16,839 nt of DNA from a virus: the IMG/VR virus record IMGVR_UViG_3300044856_000236, positions 1 through 16,839 of that record; one strand, written 5' to 3'. The position numbers were made by a program, and so were the translations under genes. Shown here piece after piece: positions 1 through 4,334 of this stretch. How positions within the stretch are numbered: the stretch's first letter is position 1; each line of letters begins with the position of its first letter. The notes beneath the pieces are model-generated. The model saw nothing but the letters and a program-made list of their open reading frames with translations, was not told the DNA's origin and did not search any database.

Positions 1-104
1 GGGGTCGTTTCAAACGTCGAGATTTTCGGTACACCCCATGCACTTCACAGTGGTACAGTGGTAACGCGTTGCAGTGGTACAGCGTTAATACGTCAGCGTG
101 GTAC
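1..104. repeat. Left inverted terminal repeat (104 bp) of a linear protein-primed genome
   Basis: The reverse complement of 16736..16839 equals 1..104 except at one position (c at 83 versus t at 16757). The match ends at 105/16735. It starts 5'-GGGGTCG. It contains the palindrome CGTTTCAAACG (6..16), AACGCGTT (63..70), and GGTAC at 28, 52, 76 and 100. Confidence 0.95.
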
Positions 105-150
105 TGTGAGTGCGTGAAGTTAGTTGTGTCTAACTTAGTACCATAGTACT
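99..150. other. Nested inverted repeats at the left ITR/unique junction
   Basis: TGGTACT (99..105) is complementary to AGTACCA (137..143). Inside it lies a perfect 7-bp stem AAGTTAG (117..123) / CTAACTT (130..136) with loop TTGTGT. An alternative hairpin is AGTAC-CATA-GTACT (137..150). ACTTCAC (42..48) is also complementary to GTGAAGT (114..120). There is no counterpart next to the right ITR. Confidence 0.6.
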
Positions 151-152
151 AT
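124..152 (+). promoter_or_regulatory. Candidate left-end early promoter (TTGTGT-17-TACTAT)
   Basis: TTGTGT at 124..129, a 17-nt spacer, and TACTAT at 147..152, upstream of the first ORF. The hexamers are imperfect and the background is AT-rich. Confidence 0.3.
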
Positions 153-178
153 ATAAAATGTTCACAATTTGTTTACAA
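150..178 (-). promoter_or_regulatory. Candidate leftward promoter (minus strand TTGTAA-17-TATATA)
   Basis: On the minus strand, TTGTAA lies at + coordinates 178..173, followed by a 17-nt spacer and TATATA at 155..150. A start about 7 nt downstream would begin an RNA reading ...AUGGUACUAAGUUAG toward the genome end. Confidence 0.25.
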
Positions 179-199
179 TTTATTCATACGCTATTCACA
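161..199. repeat. Four -35-like hexamers phased at exactly 11 bp
   Basis: TTCACA at 161..166, TTTACA at 172..177, TTCATA at 183..188 and TTCACA at 194..199. The first two units extend to TTCACAATTT / TTTACAATTT. Confidence 0.75.
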
Positions 200-269
200 A
201 CTGACCGTTATAATGTACTTAAAGATAAAGGAAAGGGGTACTTAAAAGAGAGTATCAAAGGTGCATAAT

Positions 270-596
270 ATGAAACAGTATATTAAATTGAATAATGAGA
301 CTTTTGAGGTCAAAAAAATTAAGGGTGAATTATACCCTGCTAAGGAATTGCGAGGTATAGACGATTGTTACAATAAACCTAGTATAGCAAAATATGAAAT
401 CTATAATAGTTGGCTTAAATGGTATAAAATAACCAATATGAATGAGTCATTTTATACACTTAGACATTTTACAATAAATAGTTATAATTGTATGATGTTT
501 ACATTATTAATTGACGTATACGACATGGCAACTGATAAATTTATAGGCAAATTATATATTACAAAAACAAGGCAAGAGTTTTGGAAAGTAGCTTAA
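270..596 (+). CDS. Hypothetical early protein (108 aa)
   Basis: The track ORF 261..596 starts at GTG. The ATG at 270 follows AAAGGTG (256..262) at good SD spacing. No family recognised. Confidence 0.6.
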   Translation: MKQYIKLNNETFEVKKIKGELYPAKELRGIDDCYNKPSIAKYEIYNSWLKWYKITNMNESFYTLRHFTINSYNCMMFTLLIDVYDMATDKFIGKLYITKTRQEFWKVA

Positions 597-604
597 TTAC
601 TTTT

Positions 605-625
605 GAGCCGGTGCAATTTCGGCTC
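605..625 (+). other. GC-rich stem-loop GAGCCG-(GTGCAATTT)-CGGCTC
   Basis: A perfect 6-bp stem lies 9 nt after the stop at 596, followed by TCTTGT (a weak U tract). It could be an attenuator or a processing site. Confidence 0.5.
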
Positions 626-634
626 TCTTGTATC

Positions 635-652
635 ACTGATAGTAATATCAGT
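635..652 (+). other. Stem-loop with GNRA-type tetraloop (ACTGATA-GTAA-TATCAGT)
   Basis: A perfect 7-bp stem with loop GUAA, in the 5' leader of the p6-like gene. Confidence 0.5.
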
Positions 653-697
653 AAGTAGCAAATAAACAAGCACAAAAAAGAAATGGAGATAAAAACT

Positions 698-979
698 ATG
701 AGAAAAGAAAAAATGATAACACGTACAATCGTAACAACCAATGCAGAGATTATGGCTTTTAATCTTGATACAAATGAGGTTATAACCTTAAATGAGTCGT
801 ATATCGGAGATTTAAGTGATAGAGATATTGAAAAGCAGTTTGCTATAGACTATGACAATAGTGCAAAATTTTTAAAACTTGTAAATGCAGAGAAAACGTC
901 AAAATTATATGGTATTACTGAAAAAGATTTTTTAGAATATGCAGTAGAGCTTGACGAAAATAGAAAAGAGGTAAAATAA
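698..979 (+). CDS. phi29 p6-like histone-like dsDNA-binding protein, paralogue 1 (93 aa)
   Basis: MRKEKMITRTIVTTNAEIMAF...KLYGITEKDFLEYAVEL has the same layout as phi29 p6 as I recall it (REITKTTVNVAKMV...EVYELPVEKFLEVATV). The ATG at 698 follows GGAGA. It is a clear paralogue of 3033..3359, and the similarity includes the 5' leader. Confidence 0.55.
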   Translation: MRKEKMITRTIVTTNAEIMAFNLDTNEVITLNESYIGDLSDRDIEKQFAIDYDNSAKFLKLVNAEKTSKLYGITEKDFLEYAVELDENRKEVK

Positions 980-1177
980 ATGTTAGTAGAAAATATATAT
1001 AGAATAGTAGACGATAGCGAATTTATATATTTATATAGTTTAGATGAACATAAAAATTTGTGGTGTGGTATTTCAAGGTGTTTGCCACTTTGCTATATGA
1101 ATTATAATGTAGTTAGTATATATACGCATGTTTTATATAGTGGTAGTTGTTTAGTAATAAATATTGAGACAACCTAA
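980..1177 (+). CDS. Small early protein, tandem paralogue family member 1 (65 aa)
   Basis: The ATG abuts the upstream stop (TAAATG), with RBS AAGAGGT. It aligns with 1259..1453: ENIYRIV..E.I.LY....H..L..G....LPL.Y....V.S. Confidence 0.65.
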   Translation: MLVENIYRIVDDSEFIYLYSLDEHKNLWCGISRCLPLCYMNYNVVSIYTHVLYSGSCLVINIETT

Positions 1178-1191
1178 CCGAAAAGCGCACA

Positions 1192-1210
1192 GCGTGGTGC
1201 AAGTCCACGC
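1192..1210 (+). other. GC-rich stem-loop GCGTGG-(TGCAAGT)-CCACGC
   Basis: A perfect 6-bp stem in the intergenic gap after the stop at 1177, with no U tract. Its loop shares UGCAA with the hairpin at 605..625. Confidence 0.5.
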
Positions 1211-1258
1211 ATAGGCTTTACAACTGAATATAGTAAATAATGAAGGGGGGGTGAAAAT

Positions 1259-1453
1259 ATGTCAGTTCAAGAATTATATACTATAATAACTGGTGAAGAA
1301 AATATAGAGTTATATAATTTTGTAAATCATAGTATTTTATATTCCGGCGAGTTTAAAGATTTACCACTTAAGTTTTATGATTTACACGTATATAGTCTTA
1401 CAACAGATTGCATTGATAATGCTAGTATGATTTTTATAAGTGTAAAGCAATAA
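1259..1453 (+). CDS. Small early protein, tandem paralogue family member 2 (64 aa)
   Basis: Strong RBS GAAGGGGGGGTGA 6 nt upstream. By eye it is roughly 30% identical to 980..1177 over its full length. Confidence 0.7.
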   Translation: MSVQELYTIITGEENIELYNFVNHSILYSGEFKDLPLKFYDLHVYSLTTDCIDNASMIFISVKQ

Positions 1454-1485
1454 AAATTGTTAGAATAGAAAAGAGATGAAAACAA

Positions 1486-1683
1486 ATGACTAATATAAGG
1501 TTAGGCACTTTAGTCAAATTTAGTGTTACTACTAGTTTTTGGTTGCACGATATTCAGTACGATATTAATGAGTTCTATACACGTTCTCAAATATTGGAAA
1601 ACAAACAGTTATCACGATTGAAAGTAATAAGTTTTAAAGCATTATCAGGAAAAGAAATGATTTACGTTAAAGTAGAAGAATAG
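1486..1683 (+). CDS. Small early protein, probable distant family member 3 (65 aa)
   Basis: It has the same size and position in the array. Its C-terminal pattern Y....L....L.V.S......MI.V.V resembles members 1 and 2. RBS AAAAGAGA. Confidence 0.6.
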   Translation: MTNIRLGTLVKFSVTTSFWLHDIQYDINEFYTRSQILENKQLSRLKVISFKALSGKEMIYVKVEE

Positions 1684-1699
1684 AAAAGAGGTACAAAAC

Positions 1700-1996
1700 A
1701 TGTTATACAAAAATAGAAAAAAGTCACAGTTTGATATTGACGAAGTTTATGAAGATTTCGTCAAAGAGATAGCAACTAAGGTTAGTAAAAAGGTAAAAGG
1801 CAAGGTGTTTTATGGATATGCTAACATAGAGGGTATGTGTTATGTCATAGTTAAAACACGTGAACTAGGCGAAAAGCGTTTTTTCTTAGATACACTTGAT
1901 TATGATATGATGACTGGTGTATCATCAAAAGAAATATCGGACAATATACTAAAGTTATATCATAAAATAGTTGAGAGTAGGTTTTTTATAGTATGA
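1700..1996 (+). CDS. Hypothetical early protein (98 aa)
   Basis: RBS AAAAGAGGT 8 nt upstream. The stop overlaps the next start (ATGA at 1993..1996). No family recognised. Confidence 0.65.
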   Translation: MLYKNRKKSQFDIDEVYEDFVKEIATKVSKKVKGKVFYGYANIEGMCYVIVKTRELGEKRFFLDTLDYDMMTGVSSKEISDNILKLYHKIVESRFFIV

Positions 1997-2256
1997 GTAA
2001 TAAAGAGATTAAGCAACGCTGTAAAATATTATATCATAGATATAGATTAGTCATAAAAATTATAAAATCATATTATAAAGACTCTATAAGTTTTAGAGCT
2101 GATATGATGTTACTAATAAATTGTATAAGTAGTTATAATTTTATGATATATGGCGATTTTGAATATTTAGTAGCATTGAATGATTATTATGAAATACAAT
2201 GCATTGATATTATGTATGAACGCTTGTTATTAGAATTTAAAAAGAGAGGATTATAA
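1993..2256 (+). CDS. Hypothetical early protein (87 aa), extremely AT-rich
   Basis: ATGA overlap with the upstream gene suggests translational coupling. A sampled 60-nt line has about 18% GC. Y/I/K/N-rich. Confidence 0.55.
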   Translation: MSNKEIKQRCKILYHRYRLVIKIIKSYYKDSISFRADMMLLINCISSYNFMIYGDFEYLVALNDYYEIQCIDIMYERLLLEFKKRGL

Positions 2257-2257
2257 A

Positions 2258-2500
2258 ATGAATGAAAGATATCATAAATTAGAACGTATTATACGGATTG
2301 AATATAATCTTTTTGAAAGAATGTTTTGTGATAAATCTAAAAGATATAGAATAATACAGCATATTGCAAATTTATTGTATTACAAAATATATTATATGTA
2401 TTATAATGGTATGATAAATGAAAGTGAAAAGCTTTTTATGATAAATTGTAATAATGCTTATTATATTAATCATATTAATTATATTAATAAATTATATTAA
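2258..2500 (+). CDS. Hypothetical early protein (80 aa), extremely AT-rich
   Basis: RBS AGAGAGGA upstream. A sampled line has about 20% GC. The sequence is low-complexity and Y/N/I-rich. Confidence 0.5.
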   Translation: MNERYHKLERIIRIEYNLFERMFCDKSKRYRIIQHIANLLYYKIYYMYYNGMINESEKLFMINCNNAYYINHINYINKLY

Positions 2501-2512
2501 ATATTGCACAAG

Positions 2513-2532
2513 TTTTCGTAAATTTTCGTAAA
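2513..2532. repeat. Tandem direct repeat TTTTCGTAAA x2
   Basis: Two perfect adjacent 10-bp units (2513..2522 and 2523..2532), immediately after the stop at 2500 and next to TTGCAC (2504..2509). Confidence 0.8.
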
Positions 2533-2558
2533 TTATAGAAAACTGAAATGTGGAAAAG

Positions 2559-2597
2559 TTCATAAAATGTTCATAATTTAGACATAGCATAGTTACA
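2559..2597. repeat. Second 11-bp phased hexamer array (TTCATA, TTCATA, GACATA, GTTACA)
   Basis: The hexamers start at 2559, 2570, 2581 and 2592. AAAATGTTCATAATTT (2564..2579) matches AAAATGTTCACAATTT (155..170) at 15 of 16 positions. GTACTATATAA (2606..2616) is identical to 146..156. Confidence 0.7.
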
Positions 2598-2675
2598 GTT
2601 ATACTGTACTATATAATATGTAAAGAGATATTACATCATTTACAAAAAGTTACGTTTTGCTTTAATACTATGATA

Positions 2676-2714
2676 CCGCACTATTGCTAGTCAATACGTC
2701 ACTCAATAGTGCGG
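2676..2714. promoter_or_regulatory. Perfect 11-bp inverted repeat CCGCACTATTG-17 nt-CAATAGTGCGG
   Basis: The arms are 2676..2686 and 2704..2714. They are GC-rich relative to their surroundings, no U tract follows, and the repeat ends 30 nt upstream of the ATG at 2744. It could be an operator or a 5'-UTR hairpin. Confidence 0.6.
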
Positions 2715-2743
2715 ACTCCTCAAAGAAAAGGAAGTGATTAACA

Positions 2744-2914
2744 ATGATAGAAACTTTATATGCACAGCTTATCACAGACCCTAATACGCAAAAGGTTACA
2801 GTTGAAGCTGACAGAACTGGTGCTACTATAGAAACTATATATCGTGCGGATTGTAAAATTACCATTCGCCACAGATTAGATGACTTTTTATCTTGTTGGA
2901 TAGTCAAGAGATAG
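2744..2914 (+). CDS. Small ORF absent from the track (56 aa): MIETLYAQLITDPNTQKVTVEADRTGATIETIYRADCKITIRHRLDDFLSCWIVKR
   Basis: I translated it by hand. A long SD-like match AGAAAAGGAAGTGAT ends about 5 nt before the ATG. The composition is protein-like and GC is higher than in the flanks. It is antisense to track ORF 2668..2940, which looks spurious. Confidence 0.55.
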   Translation: MIETLYAQLITDPNTQKVTVEADRTGATIETIYRADCKITIRHRLDDFLSCWIVKR

Positions 2915-2948
2915 TAAGCTATCACTAAAACAGATTGCAAAAATCAAC

Positions 2949-2977
2949 TTGACTATTACACCTATTGGTGTTACAAT
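2949..2977 (+). promoter_or_regulatory. Near-consensus sigma-A type promoter of the replication operon
   Basis: TTGACT at 2949..2954, a 17-nt spacer, and TACAAT at 2972..2977 preceded by TGT (extended -10, TGtTACAAT). It lies about 55 nt upstream of the ATG at 3033. Confidence 0.75.
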
Positions 2978-2998
2978 TTTATTACAATTAACTTTACA
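2955..2998. repeat. Repeated (A/G/T)TTACA(AT) motifs overlapping the promoter
   Basis: ATTACA at 2955, GTTACAAT at 2970, ATTACAAT at 2981 and TTTACAAA at 2993. The last three are 11 and 12 bp apart. This is the same motif family as 161..199. Confidence 0.65.
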
Positions 2999-3032
2999 AA
3001 TCATAGCACAAAGAAAAGGAGAAAAAAAGACT

Positions 3033-3359
3033 ATGAGAAAACCAATGGTTACACGTACAATTATTTCAACGCAGGTCACAGCTTTATGCGTAAATCCACA
3101 GTCAGCAGAGACATTCGAGCAGGTGTTTACACTTACTGGTAAAATTGCAGACAAGGACAAGGTGTTAAAGAGAGTATCAAAACTTTACAACACAGATGAT
3201 TGCACTATTGTTGCAATTCGCAACCTCAAAGAGGTCAATGAACTTTATGGTATGGATGAAGCAGCCTTTATCGCAGGTGCAAAGATACTTGACCCTGCTA
3301 CACGTAAAGAGATTGAAATAGACTTGGCAGTCGCAGAAGAAAAAGAAAAAAGGAGATAA
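3033..3359 (+). CDS. phi29 p6-like histone-like dsDNA-binding protein, paralogue 2 (108 aa)
   Basis: MRKPMVTRTIISTQVTAL...ELYGMDEAAFIAGAKIL parallels 698..979 and phi29 p6. RBS AAAAGGAGA. It sits directly upstream of the SSB, as gene 6 precedes gene 5 in phi29. The track start at 2949 (TTG) is actually the promoter -35. Confidence 0.6.
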   Translation: MRKPMVTRTIISTQVTALCVNPQSAETFEQVFTLTGKIADKDKVLKRVSKLYNTDDCTIVAIRNLKEVNELYGMDEAAFIAGAKILDPATRKEIEIDLAVAEEKEKRR

Positions 3360-3365
3360 ACAATC

Positions 3366-3722
3366 ATGTCAATTCTAATTAACACACAGTCAAGAGATTT
3401 CACAGAGATAGAGCAGTACTTAATGACATTAGATAGAGGTATCAAGTCTCTCAAGGATGTAGATGACAACACAAGTATTGCAGTGGCAGGCTATCTGACA
3501 TTCACAGATGAAAAAGAGAATGGTGATAGTGTTGATATTTTATCAATCATCACACCAGATAATGAGGTATTCTCTTGTCAGTCAGCTACTTTCAAGCGTA
3601 GTTTTGATAACATTACTAACATTATGCATGATAAACAGTTCAGTATTATTAAAGTTAGTGGCACAACAAAGGCAGGCAGACCGTATATTGACTGCGCACT
3701 TGATGTAAAATCAGTAAAATAA
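3366..3722 (+). CDS. phi29 p5-like single-stranded DNA-binding protein (118 aa)
   Basis: ILSIITPDNEVFSCQSATFKRSF...FSIIKVSGTTKAGRPYIDCAL resembles phi29 p5 as I recall it (TTIFAADGSLYSAISKTVAEA...FKVKVVQGTSSKGNVFFSLQL). The size and the p6-p5-TP-pol synteny also agree. RBS AAGGAGA. Confidence 0.65.
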   Translation: MSILINTQSRDFTEIEQYLMTLDRGIKSLKDVDDNTSIAVAGYLTFTDEKENGDSVDILSIITPDNEVFSCQSATFKRSFDNITNIMHDKQFSIIKVSGTTKAGRPYIDCALDVKSVK

Positions 3723-3739
3723 AATTTTATCTTACTGCT

Positions 3740-3770
3740 GACCCCTTGCTATTTAAGTTAGCAGGGGGTC
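3740..3770 (+). terminator. Stem-loop between the SSB and terminal-protein genes (possible attenuator)
   Basis: GACCCCTTGCTA-(TTTAAGT)-TAGCAGGGGGTC forms 12 bp with one G-U pair. The following tract TAATTAATTT is only weakly U-rich, so partial termination is more likely than a full stop. Confidence 0.5.
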
Positions 3771-3800
3771 TAATTAATTTAGAGAGGAGAAGAAAAAAGT

Positions 3801-4334
3801 ATGGCAAATAAACTTACTAAAAATCAAAAATTATATCAAGCTATATTAGATAAAGCAGAGCAACAAGATATTTCTACGCAAGGCTTAAAATCTTTTCCAA
3901 AAAGAATAACACAAGATACTTTACAGAATTTGCAATCAGAAATAGCACAAAGACAAAGTGCAGAAACCTATACAGTTACAGATAGCATTATTTCAAGATT
4001 ACAAGCTTTACCTAGTAAAAAGCAGGCATACACACATGGTGGTGAAGCTATAGATTATAACCTTGAAAATTTTTATTATACTGTTTTAGGAATTATAAAA
4101 CAAATGCAGGAAGATTTTGGAAGCGAACAGTATGAATATTATTTACAACAAAATGAAGAAGAAATTATATCAGCAATAGATAGTATAAATGAGAGTGTAT
4201 ATTCAGAAGTAGTGCAGGCAAAAACAGAAGATTTAATACCTTTATTATCAAACCATGATATGTCTCGTATATCAGCAATTCAATCTAATGATGTTAATGA
4301 ATATTTTGGATTTACTGATTTAGATAATATATGA
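3801..4334 (+). CDS. Putative terminal (priming) protein (177 aa)
   Basis: It lies immediately upstream of the protein-primed polymerase and is coupled to it by an ATGA overlap, as gene 3 is to gene 2 in phi29. RBS GAGAGGAG. The C-terminal ...SRISAIQSNDVNEYFGFTDLDNI loosely recalls the Ser232 region of phi29 TP (LRISEISFEEFDSEGN). It is much shorter than phi29 TP (266 aa). Confidence 0.5.
   Translation: MANKLTKNQKLYQAILDKAEQQDISTQGLKSFPKRITQDTLQNLQSEIAQRQSAETYTVTDSIISRLQALPSKKQAYTHGGEAIDYNLENFYYTVLGIIKQMQEDFGSEQYEYYLQQNEEEIISAIDSINESVYSEVVQAKTEDLIPLLSNHDMSRISAIQSNDVNEYFGFTDLDNI

Noticed and set aside
134-160. Possible phi29 p4-type box (CTTAGT-15 nt-AAAATG versus the phi29 p4 site CTTTTT-15-AAAATG)
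   Set aside because: Only one half-site matches well. The equivalent position in the second regulatory region (2543..2569) does not match, and no p4-like gene is recognisable. It is probably chance in AT-rich DNA.
209-214. Perfect TATAAT at 209..214 as the left early promoter
   Set aside because: There is no acceptable -35 at 16-18 bp and no TG extension. I kept only the weaker but properly spaced TTGTGT-17-TACTAT candidate, at low confidence.
559-741. Minus-strand 60-aa ORF in the track
   Set aside because: It is hydrophobic and low-complexity, has no RBS, and spans the end of one + gene and the start of another, including the two hairpins. It looks like a typical antisense artefact of AT-rich sequence.
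1183-1193. GC-rich 11-mer AAGCGCACAGC shared between 1183..1193 and 7143..7153; CAGCGTGGT is also shared with the ITR (94..102)
   Set aside because: Chance 11-mer matches are expected many times in a 17-kb genome. I spotted these post hoc, and there is no extended similarity around them.
1993-2500. Apparent similarity between the 87-aa and 80-aa proteins (RYRLVIKIIKSYY / RYRIIQHIANLLYY; LLINCISSY / FMINCNNAY)
   Set aside because: The matching segments are at inconsistent offsets. Both proteins are dominated by I/N/Y/K/L codons forced by ~20% GC, so the similarity cannot be separated from compositional bias without statistics.
2949-3032. N-terminal extension of the p6-like gene from the TTG at 2949
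   Set aside because: That TTG is the first half of the TTGACT -35 hexamer, and no RBS precedes it. The paralogue at 698 and the RBS AAAAGGAGA both support the ATG at 3033.
2668-3160. Two overlapping minus-strand 90-aa ORFs (2668..2940 and 2888..3160)
   Set aside because: They run antisense through the inverted repeat, the RBS-supported 56-aa + ORF, the strong + promoter and the start of the p6-like gene. They have no SD sequences and implausible hydrophobic composition.
3245-3472. Minus-strand 75-aa ORF
   Set aside because: It lies antisense across the p6-like/SSB junction, with no RBS and no recognisable features.
3508-3708. + strand 66-aa ORF inside the SSB gene in another frame
   Set aside because: It is wholly embedded in a gene with recognisable p5-like similarity, it is hydrophobic junk, and it has no RBS.
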